DNA from: an uncultured Erysipelotrichaceae bacterium
GTDB lineage: Bacteria > Bacillota_I > Bacilli_A > RF39 > UBA660
Assembly: GCA_902793375.1 (NCBI GenBank)
Contig: CADBDE010000001.1
Span: 75,209 to 139,208, forward strand
Reading direction: 5' to 3'
DNA length: 64,000 bases
The stretch's first letter is position 1; each line of letters starts with the position of its first letter. This document shows positions 17,996 through 28,134 of the stretch, in pieces. Below the pieces are notes generated by a model. It searched no databases, was not told the DNA's origin, and saw nothing but the letters and a program-made list of their open reading frames with translations. Both the position numbers and the translations under genes were made by a program.

Positions 17996-18982
17996 ATGTG
18001 GAAAATAGGAAATGTCGAGATAAAAAATAGAGTAGTCTTAGCACCTATGGCAGGAGTTTGTAATTCAGCATTTAGAAGAATTGCAAAAGAAATGGGATGC
18101 GGATTAATATACGCAGAGATGGTCAGTGATAAAGCAATATTTTATCAAAATCAAAAAACTTTAGAAATGTTATACATGACTGAACAGGAAAGGCCAATAT
18201 CACAACAAATTTTTGGAAGTGATAAAGAATCATTTGTATGTGCTGCAAAATATATTTATGAAAATATGCATCCTGATATTATTGATATAAATATGGGGTG
18301 TCCTGTTCCTAAGGTTGCTGTTCATGCACAAGCAGGATCAGCACTTTTAAAAAATCCTAAAAAGATAAAAGAAATTATTGAAGCAGTTGTAAATTCAGTT
18401 CCAATACCAGTTACAGTTAAAATAAGAAGTGGATGGGATCAAAATAGTATTAATGCAGTAGAAGTTGCTAAAATATGTGAAAGCGCCGGTGCAAGTGCTA
18501 TTTGTGTTCATCCAAGAACAAGAAGTCAAGGTTATTCTGGAAAAGCAGATTGGAATATTATAAAAGAAGTAAAAGAAAGTGTTAGTATTCCAGTAATTGG
18601 AAATGGAGATATTAAAAGTATTTATGATGCAAAAAAAATGCTTGATGAAACAGGATGTGATGCAGTAATGATAGGAAGAGCATCCCTTGGAAATCCTTGG
18701 ATATTTAAACAAGTAAATGAATATATTGAAAATGATTTAATAATAGATAATCCAACTCCACTTGATCGAGTTGATATGTGTATTAAACATCTTAATTATT
18801 TAAAAGAAATAAAAATAGATAAAGTAGCAGTATTAGAAATTAGAAATCATGTTTCTTGGTATCTAAAGGGGCTAAAAGAATCTAATGAAATTAAAAATGA
18901 AATATTTAAAACAAAAGATTTAGAAATAATAGAAAAAATATTAAATGATTATAGATTATTTATTAAGGAGGAACAATTATGA
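17996..18982 (+). CDS. dusB: tRNA-dihydrouridine synthase B
   Basis: LAPMAGV, DINMGCP, VTVKIR, H.RT..Q.Y.G.ADW, GNGDI, MIGR..GNPW. Confidence 0.95.
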   Translation: MWKIGNVEIKNRVVLAPMAGVCNSAFRRIAKEMGCGLIYAEMVSDKAIFYQNQKTLEMLYMTEQERPISQQIFGSDKESFVCAAKYIYENMHPDIIDINMGCPVPKVAVHAQAGSALLKNPKKIKEIIEAVVNSVPIPVTVKIRSGWDQNSINAVEVAKICESAGASAICVHPRTRSQGYSGKADWNIIKEVKESVSIPVIGNGDIKSIYDAKKMLDETGCDAVMIGRASLGNPWIFKQVNEYIENDLIIDNPTPLDRVDMCIKHLNYLKEIKIDKVAVLEIRNHVSWYLKGLKESNEIKNEIFKTKDLEIIEKILNDYRLFIKEEQL

Positions 18983-19566
18983 GTGAAGCACATACACTTC
19001 AAAGAATATCTGCATATGTTATAGATATATTAATTATTACTTTTATAACTGTAATACTTACATCTTGGATTCCAAAGAGTGAAGCTTATAAAAATGCTGT
19101 TGAAAAACAAAATAATTTGATGGAAGATTTAAACAAAGAAGATATTAATCAAAGTGATTATATTGATGAGTTGTATGAAACAAGATATATTATAGAAAAA
19201 GAAAATATTATAGAAACATCGATAATAGTTGTTATAAATCTTGGGTATTTTGTTGGATTTGCTTTTTATAATAAGGGCCAATCATTAGGTAAAAAATTAA
19301 TGCATATCAGAGTAGTTTCTAATAATGGAAAAGATGTAAGTTATCTCCAATTATTTGGTAGAACTATGATTATTCATGGATGTTTTACATCAATAATAAG
19401 TATTATTTTCTTATTATTTATTAAGAGTAATCAATATATTTATACAGTTGGATTAATAGGAATAATTCAATCGATTATTACTATTATAGCGATTGTTATG
19501 ATGATTGTAAGAAAAGATAAAAGAGGATTACACGATTTAATTTGTAATACTAAAGTCATTGAATAA
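18979..19566 (+). CDS. RDD family membrane protein
   Basis: QRISAYVID, GQSLGK, R.LHD...TKV. Confidence 0.9.
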   Translation: MSEAHTLQRISAYVIDILIITFITVILTSWIPKSEAYKNAVEKQNNLMEDLNKEDINQSDYIDELYETRYIIEKENIIETSIIVVINLGYFVGFAFYNKGQSLGKKLMHIRVVSNNGKDVSYLQLFGRTMIIHGCFTSIISIIFLLFIKSNQYIYTVGLIGIIQSIITIIAIVMMIVRKDKRGLHDLICNTKVIE

Positions 19567-19648
19567 TAATGTGTAATTATTGTGAAATTTAGTTATTTTA
19601 TTGTATTTGAATACTTAATTGTTGTATAATTATTATGAGGAGGATTAT

Positions 19649-21112
19649 ATGAAAAAACATAATTTATTAAAAGTAACAATGCTAGTACTTTTATTAGTAG
19701 TAGTAGGCTCATGGTTTATGCCTGTTTATGTAGTAAATAGTGCAGGAACTGAATTTACAATTCAGCAAAGTATTAAGATTGGATTATTTAATCTAGCATC
19801 TTATATAGGAATTGTATTACAAGTTTTTGGACCTGCAATAATGTACATTTTATCAATTGGAGCTTTATATGGAGTATTACATAGAATTCCACAATATAGA
19901 CTTCTTCTTGATAAAATAGTAAAAGGTTTTGAAGGAAGAGAATGGTTGTTTATGAGTGTTGTTGGAGTAGTATTTGCTGTACTATCTTCAATGGCTGGAT
20001 TATCAGTTGTTTTATTACTTCTATTCCCATTTGTTATTGCTGTAATGCTATTAATGGGATATGATAAACTAACTGCTGCTATGCTTACTGTTGGTTCAGT
20101 AATAGCTGGTTTAATTGGATCAGTATTTAGCTCAAATGATGTTTATGGTATCTCTGCAGTATTATCACAAACAGGTATGGAAGATGCTTGGAATATTGCA
20201 AAAATAGATGTTGCTTGGAAATTAATATTACTTGTTTTGGCTCTTGCTTTAGTATTAGTAAATACAATATTATATGCAAAGAAACATAGAAATAAGAATG
20301 TTGATTTAGAAGGATCATACTTAGTTCCAAAGAAAGTAAAAACTGAAAGTAAGAAAGTATACCCATTAGTAATTGTTTTAGATTTACTACTTGTAGTATT
20401 GACTCTTGCATTTATTTCTTGGGAATTATTTGAAGTAAATCTATTTAATGATATGACTAACGCATTAATTAGTCCTACAGGAAGTACTTTTATAAAAGGA
20501 TTATATGGTGGAATTAATACAGTTTTGGGTGTAACAGTATCATCTAATGCAAGTAATGCTTTCGGACATTGGACATTAATGGAAGCAGCATTAGTTGTAT
20601 TCTTAGCAGCTGGATTGTTATCATTCTTATATAGACAAAGCTTTAATAAGTTCATTAATTCAACTAGTGAAGGAGTTAAAAAGTCATTAAGACCAGCATT
20701 GTTAGTTGGAGTTGCATACTTAATACTAGTATGTGCTGTTACAGTACCATATGAATTTTCAGTATTAAGACACATAATTGATTTAAGTTCTGGATTTAAT
20801 CTATTTGTTATGTGCGTAGTTGCAATAATATTTAGTATATTTACAGTTGAATCATATTATGGAATTGTAACTGCAGCATCTTTTGTTTCTGCAAGTACAG
20901 TAATAACAGGTAATACTGGAATAATTGCATTAGTATGGCAAACAATGTATGGACTAACTATGTTAGTAGCTCCAACAAGTGTTATATTACTAGCAACTTT
21001 AGCATATTTAGATGTTTCATATTCTAGTTGGTTAAAAGCAATTTGGAAGCTAGTATTAGAATTATTAGCAATAATATTAATTGTATTATTAATATTTAAT
21101 GCAGTAATGTAA
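19649..21112 (+). CDS. Multi-pass transporter, YfcC/DcuC-like ion-transporter superfamily
   Basis: About 12-13 TM helices; LLMGYD; APTS..L.L..L.VSY..WLK..WK C-terminus typical of YfcC; RBS GAGGAGG. Confidence 0.7.
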   Translation: MKKHNLLKVTMLVLLLVVVGSWFMPVYVVNSAGTEFTIQQSIKIGLFNLASYIGIVLQVFGPAIMYILSIGALYGVLHRIPQYRLLLDKIVKGFEGREWLFMSVVGVVFAVLSSMAGLSVVLLLLFPFVIAVMLLMGYDKLTAAMLTVGSVIAGLIGSVFSSNDVYGISAVLSQTGMEDAWNIAKIDVAWKLILLVLALALVLVNTILYAKKHRNKNVDLEGSYLVPKKVKTESKKVYPLVIVLDLLLVVLTLAFISWELFEVNLFNDMTNALISPTGSTFIKGLYGGINTVLGVTVSSNASNAFGHWTLMEAALVVFLAAGLLSFLYRQSFNKFINSTSEGVKKSLRPALLVGVAYLILVCAVTVPYEFSVLRHIIDLSSGFNLFVMCVVAIIFSIFTVESYYGIVTAASFVSASTVITGNTGIIALVWQTMYGLTMLVAPTSVILLATLAYLDVSYSSWLKAIWKLVLELLAIILIVLLIFNAVM

Positions 21113-21117
21113 AAAGT

Positions 21118-21140
21118 AAGACTCAATTGAGTCTTTTTTT
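21118..21140 (+). terminator. Rho-independent terminator
   Basis: AAGACTCA-AT-TGAGTCTT plus T-run. Confidence 0.75.
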
Positions 21141-21195
21141 GTTTATAAAATAAAATCTAAAAGCATAATATATAAAAGATTATAAAGGAGATATT

Positions 21196-23208
21196 ATGTT
21201 TTCTAATTTTAACTATGAATTAAAAAAAATACTTAAAAATGCAAAAGAAGAAATGTATGAGTTGGGTCATTCATACATTGGTACTGAACATTTTTTGTTA
21301 TCAGTTTTAAAATCTAATAATGAATTAAAAGATATATTAAATAATTATAATATTACGTATGATTCTTTTAAAGAAAGAATAATAGTAAATATTGGAAAGG
21401 GAAATGATAAAGAAAAATTATTCATTTTAACCCCATTATTTAAAAAAATATTAGAAGATTCTATTTTAATTTCAAATGAATTAAGAAATGATGAAATAGA
21501 TCCTTTTATGGTGTTTAAATCAATTCTCGAGGAAGGCGAAGGTGTAGCATATAGAATAATATGTGAAATGAATGTTGATATTGATAAATTGTATGATTCT
21601 TTATTTAATTATTCAATAGTAAAAACTAATTCTATAAACGAGTATGGGGTAGATTTAACTGAAAAAGCAAAAAAAGGATTAACTGAAATAGCAGTAAATA
21701 GAGAGAAGGAATTGGAAAATATAATTGAAATACTATTAAGAAAAAACAAAAGAAATCCAATTCTTATTGGTCCAGCTGGTGTAGGTAAAACAGCAATTGT
21801 TGAAGAACTAGCAAATAGAATTATTAATTCAAATGTACCTGATAAATTAATGAATAAAAAAATAATATCAATTTCTATGGCTTCTTTGGTTGCTGGAACA
21901 AAATATAGAGGAGAATTTGAAGAAAAAATACTTAAAATACTTAATAATTTAGAAAATAATAATAATTTAATTTTATTTATTGATGAGATTCATACATTAG
22001 TTGGTGCAGGGGGTGCAGAAGGTGCAATTGATGCAAGTAATATTTTAAAACCAGTTTTATCGCGTGGAAATATTACAGTAATAGGAGCTACAACTACTGA
22101 AGAATACAGAAAGTATATTGAAGATGATAAAGCATTATCAAGAAGATTTCAAAAAGTAATAATAAATGAACCAAATAAAAAAGATTTGTTTGATATTTTA
22201 AAAAAAATAAAACCTTCATATGAAAAATATCATAATGTAAAAATAGATAATAAAGTATTAAAATATATAATTAATATTTCAAAAAAGTATATTAAAAATA
22301 AAAATGAACCAGATAGATCAATTGATTTGTTAGACGAGGCATTATCAATGGTATCATCTAGATTAAATGAAAAAAATAATTCTATTAAGCTAAGAAACGA
22401 TTTATTAAAATATAAAAAAAAGAAGAATGAAATGATAGAAAATAATAATTATATTGAAGCTTTAATATATAGAAAAAAAGAAAGAAAAATTGAATCTATA
22501 ATTAATAATAATTGTTTAATAATTCCAAATAATAAACATGTAACAAAGGAAGATATTAATACTTTAATAAGTAAAAAATATAATATATTTTTAGGTAATA
22601 ACAATTATTTAGAGAGTAATATTGGTGATAAAATAGAATATTTAAATAGATTATTTAAAAACTATGTTAGTGAAATTGATCAAATATGTGAAAACATTAA
22701 AAAAGTTTTTAATTGTGATATAAGTAATAATAAACCTAATTCTATTTTTATTTGTGGAGATAATAATTTAATGAAAAAAAGAATAATAAATAAAATAAAT
22801 GAATTATTTTTTCATAATAAAATTACAATAGATTTAAAAAACTATTATAATGATGAATCTATTAATATGATTATGGGAGCATTACCTGGATATGTTGGAT
22901 ACAATAACAAAACAAATGTATTTGAATCATTAAAAGAACAACCATTTAGTTTAATAGAAATTACTAATTTTGAATATGCTTGTTTAAAGGTTAAAAATAT
23001 AATTAAAGATATTTTACACAATGGATTCTTTATTGATTCTAATGGTTATAACATTGATTTTCAAAATAGTTTAATATTAATAAATTCAAATAATATAGAG
23101 AATAATACAATTGGATTTGAAAATAAAATAAATAATAGAAAAAATGAATTAAGTAAATTAGTTAATAAAACAATATTTATTAATAAAAACAAAATAACTA
23201 TGTTATAA
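21196..23208 (+). CDS. clpC: ClpC-like Hsp100 ATPase with intact D1 and a degenerate, truncated D2
   Basis: Clp-N (YIGTEH), GPAGVGKT, GTKYRG, FIDEIH, UVR-like middle domain. D2 keeps PGYVGY and IGF but lacks Walker A/B. Confidence 0.8.
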   Translation: MFSNFNYELKKILKNAKEEMYELGHSYIGTEHFLLSVLKSNNELKDILNNYNITYDSFKERIIVNIGKGNDKEKLFILTPLFKKILEDSILISNELRNDEIDPFMVFKSILEEGEGVAYRIICEMNVDIDKLYDSLFNYSIVKTNSINEYGVDLTEKAKKGLTEIAVNREKELENIIEILLRKNKRNPILIGPAGVGKTAIVEELANRIINSNVPDKLMNKKIISISMASLVAGTKYRGEFEEKILKILNNLENNNNLILFIDEIHTLVGAGGAEGAIDASNILKPVLSRGNITVIGATTTEEYRKYIEDDKALSRRFQKVIINEPNKKDLFDILKKIKPSYEKYHNVKIDNKVLKYIINISKKYIKNKNEPDRSIDLLDEALSMVSSRLNEKNNSIKLRNDLLKYKKKKNEMIENNNYIEALIYRKKERKIESIINNNCLIIPNNKHVTKEDINTLISKKYNIFLGNNNYLESNIGDKIEYLNRLFKNYVSEIDQICENIKKVFNCDISNNKPNSIFICGDNNLMKKRIINKINELFFHNKITIDLKNYYNDESINMIMGALPGYVGYNNKTNVFESLKEQPFSLIEITNFEYACLKVKNIIKDILHNGFFIDSNGYNIDFQNSLILINSNNIENNTIGFENKINNRKNELSKLVNKTIFINKNKITML

Positions 23209-23231
23209 TCTTATTAGATATGGAGGTTTTT

Positions 23232-24327
23232 ATGGAACTATATGAATTAAAAAAGTCTATAATATACTCTTTAAATAAAGTCGATGATTTATGGAGGTTA
23301 CTTTGACATTGATGGTAAAAATAAACAGATAAAAAAGTTAGAGGAAAAAATGTTACTTCCAAATTTTTGGGATGATCAAGAAAAAAGTAATAATGTAATT
23401 ACGGAATTAAATAGTTTAAAAGATATAGTTAACGATATTATGAATGTATCTATTAAGGTAAAAGACATTAATTCTATGATTGAAGAAGATTTAGATGATG
23501 AAACTATATCATTAATAGAAGATGAATATAATGATGTTAAAGATGAAATTGAAAAACTTGAGTTATTTCAATTATTAAATAATGAATATGATAAGAATAA
23601 TTGCATTTTAGAAATACATTCTGGAGCTGGTGGCACTGAAGCATGTGATTGGGCCAATATGATATATAGAATGTACACAAGATGGATTGAAAAAAAGGGA
23701 TATAAATATGAAGTAATAGATTTTCAAGAGGGCGATGAAGTAGGAATTAAAAGTATTTCAATTATTGTTAATGGACTTTATTCTTATGGATATTTAAAAT
23801 GTGAAAAAGGAATACATAGATTAGTTAGATTATCGCCTTTTGATGCAAATCATAAAAGACATACATCTTTTGCATCTGTTTTTGTAACTCCTGAGATAGA
23901 TGAAGTAAGTGATATAGAAATAGATCCAAAAGATTTAAAAATAGATGTATATAGATCAAGTGGAAATGGAGGACAAGGAGTTAATACTACTGATTCTGCT
24001 GTAAGAATTACTCATTTGCCATCAAAAATAGTTGTTACTTGTCAAAATGAAAGAAGTCAGATACAAAATAAAGAACATGCAATGAAAATTCTTAAAAACA
24101 AACTAAAATTATTAGAATTAGATAAACAGGAAAAAGAGTTAAAAAGTATTACAGGAGAACAAATGAATATTGATTTTGGTTCTCAAATAAGAAGTTATGT
24201 AATGCATCCATATTCTATGGTTAAGGATCATAGAACAAAGTATGAAACAAGTAATGTTAATGCAGTACTTGATGGAGACATAGATAAATTTATTGAAGAA
24301 AAATTGAAAGAGGATAAGTATGAATAA
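23232..24327 (+). CDS. prfB: Peptide chain release factor 2, translated via a +1 programmed frameshift
   Basis: ATG 23232 (RBS GGAGG) reads 24 codons to CTT-TGA-C at 23301-23307; the +1 frame has the SPF and GGQ motifs. Confidence 0.97.
23293..23307 (+). promoter_or_regulatory. prfB autoregulatory frameshift site
   Basis: Internal SD GGAGG, then TTA, then CTT TGA C. Confidence 0.95.
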
Positions 24328-25165
24328 AGAAGTAAAAAAGGAAGATTTGTTTAGATATTTATATTTTTTTGTAGGATTAACATCATTTTCGTTTGCATTT
24401 ACATTTTTTCTATCTCCTCATAATTTAGTATTTGGTGGAGTGTCTGGATTATCTATATTATTTAAAGAATTATTTAATTGGAATAATTCATTATTTGTTT
24501 TAATTGTTGATATAGTATTATTACTAATTAGTTTTGTATTTTTAGGGAAAAGAAAAACAATTGGTTCAATTCTCGGTTCTTTATTATTACCTGGTTTCTT
24601 GGCTTTGATGGCTTGGATTAGTGATATAACTGGATATGTAAATGAAGATCTTGTAATATGTTCTATATTTGGTGGTGTCTTTTCTGGAATAGGATTAGGA
24701 CTATGCTTTAAAGCTGGTTTTACTACTGGTGGAACTGATATTGTAAATCAAATAATTCATAAATATATTAAGATAAGTATGGGAAAATCAATGTTTATTC
24801 TAGATGGTGTAATAGTTACAAGTGGTATATTTGTATTTGGATTTACTAAATTTATGTATGCAGTAATGGTTTTATATATTATGACTGCTATGACTGATAG
24901 AGTAATATTAGGTGTAAGCAAATCAAAAGCATTTTATATTGTTACTGATAAAACTCAAGAAGTAAAAAAATATATAATAGACACGCTAGGTCATAGTGTT
25001 ACAGTATTTGATGCTACTGGTGGTTATTCAAAAGAAACTCAAAAAGTTGTTTTTTGTGTTATTCCAACGAGAGAGTACTTTAAATTAAAAGAAGGAATTA
25101 ATAAGATTGATGAAGATTCATTTTTCATTGTTACAGATGCATATGAAGTATATGGAGGTAAATAA
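24320..25165 (+). CDS. YitT family membrane protein
   Basis: GGVSGL, TGGTDI, C-terminal DUF2179-like (G.GGYS...IDEDSF). Confidence 0.9.
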   Translation: MNKEVKKEDLFRYLYFFVGLTSFSFAFTFFLSPHNLVFGGVSGLSILFKELFNWNNSLFVLIVDIVLLLISFVFLGKRKTIGSILGSLLLPGFLALMAWISDITGYVNEDLVICSIFGGVFSGIGLGLCFKAGFTTGGTDIVNQIIHKYIKISMGKSMFILDGVIVTSGIFVFGFTKFMYAVMVLYIMTAMTDRVILGVSKSKAFYIVTDKTQEVKKYIIDTLGHSVTVFDATGGYSKETQKVVFCVIPTREYFKLKEGINKIDEDSFFIVTDAYEVYGGK

Positions 25166-25186
25166 CTTAGGTTATTTACTTTTTTT
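25158..25186 (+). terminator. Rho-independent terminator
   Basis: GTAAATAAC-TTAG-GTTATTTAC plus T-run. Confidence 0.75.
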
Positions 25187-25272
25187 ATAAATAAATATGT
25201 ATAATCATTGTCAATTCATAGATTTTTGCAATATAGTGTGTTATAATTACATAAAGAATAGAGGTGAGTTCT

Positions 25273-25974
25273 TTGGCTGAGTTAATTACATTGAACAAAG
25301 TAAATAAAAAATACAAAAATGGTGTTACAGCTATTCACGAATTAGACTTAAAAATAAAAAAAGGTGAATTTGTTTTTATAATAGGTGGATCTGGAAGTGG
25401 AAAATCTACATTAATAAAAATGTTATATAGAGAAGAAAAACCAACAAAAGGTGAAATTTTTGTTGGTGGAGTTAATGTTGCTAGACTTAGAAATAGTAAA
25501 GTATATAAGCTAAGAAGAAAACTTGGTATTGTGTTCCAAGATTACAGATTACTTCCTAAATTAACAGTTTATGAAAATGTTGCATTTGCTATGGAAGCTA
25601 TTGGAGCAAAATCAAGTGAAATAAGAGTTAAAACATTGAAAGCACTAGAACTAGTTGGATTAAAAGGAAAAATTAGAAATTATCCTGATGAATTATCAGG
25701 TGGAGAACAACAAAGAGTTGCAATTGCAAGAGCGATAGTAAATGATCCAAAATTAATCCTATGTGATGAGCCAACTGGTAATTTGGATCCTAAAATGAGT
25801 TTAGAAATTGTCAAAGTACTAGAACAAATCAACAAAACAACAGGAACTACATTAGTAATGGCAACTCATGATGAAAAGATAGTTAATAAATTTAAAAAAA
25901 GAGTAATAGTAATCAAAGAAGGTAGAATTGTAAAGGATTACGAAGAAGGGAAGTACGATAATGAAGCTATTTAG
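25273..25974 (+). CDS. ftsE: Cell division ATP-binding protein FtsE
   Basis: GGSGSGKST, GIVFQDYRLL, LSGGEQQR, DEPTGNLD; TTG 25273 after RBS GAGGTG. Confidence 0.95.
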   Translation: MAELITLNKVNKKYKNGVTAIHELDLKIKKGEFVFIIGGSGSGKSTLIKMLYREEKPTKGEIFVGGVNVARLRNSKVYKLRRKLGIVFQDYRLLPKLTVYENVAFAMEAIGAKSSEIRVKTLKALELVGLKGKIRNYPDELSGGEQQRVAIARAIVNDPKLILCDEPTGNLDPKMSLEIVKVLEQINKTTGTTLVMATHDEKIVNKFKKRVIVIKEGRIVKDYEEGKYDNEAI

Positions 25975-26866
25975 AATGATAAAAAATGGCATTCGTGATG
26001 CCTTTAAGAGTGTAATAAGAAACTTTTCTTTGTCTTTAGCTTCTATCTCATGTATTAGCATTACTTTGATAGTAGTTGCACTTGCTTTATTAGTTGCATT
26101 TAATGTTGAAAATTTTTCAAATAAAGTTGGAGATAATGTTACAGTGGTTACTTATTTAAAGCTAGGTGCTACAGAAGAAGAAGTAAAAGAATTTGAAGAA
26201 GAATTAAATAAAATAGATAACATACAAGAAGGATGGGTAAAACAAAGTCCAGAAGATAGAAAAAATCAATTAATTGAAGAAAACGATTTTTTAAGTTCCG
26301 TTGGAAATTTAATAGATAATGAAAATGAAGTATTTCACTATAGATATGATATTAATGTAAAAGATATTAAAAAAATAAATGATACTAAAAATGAACTTAC
26401 TTCTATTAAAATAGTTGATTCTGCAGAATATGGAGATGAAACTATTTCTAGAATGATTAATTTGTTTGATTTTGCAGGAAAACTTTCAATAGTTGTAGCA
26501 GTTGTGCTTATGGTAGTTACTTCTTTCTTAATAATTAATACTATTAAGTTAACAATTTTTTCAAGGAAAAGAGAAATATCCATTATGAGAGTTGTTGGAG
26601 CAAGTAATATTACTATTAAACAACCATTTATTATTGAAGGATTTATAATTGGACTTTTAGGTTCAATTCTACCAGTAATAGCTGTTATTTTTGGATATAA
26701 AGAATTCTATAGTAGACTTGATAATGGACATTTTATGACATTTTGGCTTGAGTTTATTGAACCAGAACCATTTATTTACTTAGTTTCTTTAATCATTATC
26801 GCAACAGGAGTTTTAGTAGGTATGTTTGGAAGTAGCAGAGCTGTAAGGAAGTATTTAAAAGTATGA
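25961..26866 (+). CDS. ftsX: Cell division permease FtsX
   Basis: Four TM helices; LIINTIKLTIFSRKREI.IMR.VGA, PFIIEG. Confidence 0.95.
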   Translation: MKLFRMIKNGIRDAFKSVIRNFSLSLASISCISITLIVVALALLVAFNVENFSNKVGDNVTVVTYLKLGATEEEVKEFEEELNKIDNIQEGWVKQSPEDRKNQLIEENDFLSSVGNLIDNENEVFHYRYDINVKDIKKINDTKNELTSIKIVDSAEYGDETISRMINLFDFAGKLSIVVAVVLMVVTSFLIINTIKLTIFSRKREISIMRVVGASNITIKQPFIIEGFIIGLLGSILPVIAVIFGYKEFYSRLDNGHFMTFWLEFIEPEPFIYLVSLIIIATGVLVGMFGSSRAVRKYLKV

Positions 26867-28080
26867 TGAAAAAAGTAAATAAAATAGTAATTGTTACTTT
26901 GCTTGTATCGTTTTTAATACCTTTAATTTCTGAACCAGTTAGTGCTGCAAAAGAAAATACATTAGGATATTATGAAGAAAAATTAGCACAAGCAAAGGCA
27001 GAATATCAAGCTAATAGAAATGCCATTAGTAAAACTCAAAGTGAAATATCTGCGTCACAAGCTGAGATAGAAAGATTAAAACAAGAAACTTTAAGTTTAA
27101 CTGAAGAAGTAAAAAAACTAAGTGATGAAATAGATGCATATAATAATAAAATCAAAGACAAATTATTAGAATCTAAACAACTTTTAGAGTATCTTCAGTT
27201 ATCAGGAGGAAAAAATGTATATCTAGACTATGTTTTTAAAGCAGAGTCAGTAACAGATTTTATTAATAGAAGCTATGTAGTAAAAGAAATAGTTGCTTAT
27301 AATCAAAAAACAATAGAATCACTAGAAGAAATGGTTGAAGGAAATAAAAAAAGAGAAGCTGAAATTGAACAAAGAAAAGTTGCAATTACGCAAAAAGAAT
27401 CAGAACTTCAAAATAGTATAACAACTCTTGGTGAAAAGAAAGAATCTTTAACAGCTGGTGGAGTTGGTATTGAACAAGAAATTAAATTTAATCAAGAATA
27501 TGTTGATATGTATAAAAAACTAGGTTGTAAAACAAATGATGTAATTGGAGTAGATTGTGCAAGACAAGGTGGAACAGGTGTATTTAGAAGACCTACTCAA
27601 ACAGGATATGTTACTCAAGAAGCTTATTACAAACCATCTTATTCTCACAGAGCACTAGATATAGGTAGTAAAAAAGGAAGAAGTGAGAAAATATATCCAA
27701 TTGCAAATGGAAAAATAACTAAAATTTATAGAGATAACTATGGCGCTTTATGTTTAACTATTGAACATTACAATATAAAAGATGGAAAATATTACACTTC
27801 ACTTTATGTTCATATGAGTGCATATGCTCCTGGATTATATGTTGGAAAAGATGTAACTAGTAATGACTATATTGGTTATATGGGTGATACTGGTTATGCA
27901 TTTGGGGTACACTTACATATGGAGGTGTTCCCTTGTAGAATGTATAATCCGACTGATTCAAATTGTAGTAATTGGAGTAAATATGATGCATTTGCTAAGA
28001 AAATGTTAAGAAATGGTTATAACCCAAGAGATTTAATATCATTCCCAAGTGGAACATATAATTCTTGGAGTACAAGATAG
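26863..28080 (+). CDS. Secreted coiled-coil (PcsB/CwlO-like) M23 peptidoglycan endopeptidase, FtsEX-dependent
   Basis: Signal peptide, long coiled coil, HRALD, YVH, IG.MG.TG...G.HLH.E. Confidence 0.9.
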   Translation: MMKKVNKIVIVTLLVSFLIPLISEPVSAAKENTLGYYEEKLAQAKAEYQANRNAISKTQSEISASQAEIERLKQETLSLTEEVKKLSDEIDAYNNKIKDKLLESKQLLEYLQLSGGKNVYLDYVFKAESVTDFINRSYVVKEIVAYNQKTIESLEEMVEGNKKREAEIEQRKVAITQKESELQNSITTLGEKKESLTAGGVGIEQEIKFNQEYVDMYKKLGCKTNDVIGVDCARQGGTGVFRRPTQTGYVTQEAYYKPSYSHRALDIGSKKGRSEKIYPIANGKITKIYRDNYGALCLTIEHYNIKDGKYYTSLYVHMSAYAPGLYVGKDVTSNDYIGYMGDTGYAFGVHLHMEVFPCRMYNPTDSNCSNWSKYDAFAKKMLRNGYNPRDLISFPSGTYNSWSTR

Positions 28081-28134
28081 ACTAATGTCTATCTTTTTTT
28101 TATATTATATAAAAAAAGCATCTTATGATGCTTT
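28074..28134. terminator. Back-to-back terminators between convergent genes
   Basis: AAGATAGAC-TAAT-GTCTATCTT plus T-run on +, and AAAGCATC-TTAT-GATGCTTT for the - strand gene. Confidence 0.75.

Noticed and set aside
20143..20775. 210-aa minus-strand ORF, and similar ones (44201-44740, 53059-53520, 16470-16841, 45891-46313 and others)
   Set aside because: Antisense shadows of well-supported + strand genes, with no RBS or recognisable motifs.
23284..24327. ORF-track start MIYGGYF, or prfB as a frameshifted pseudogene
   Set aside because: Explained by the canonical CTT-TGA-C programmed frameshift from ATG 23232.
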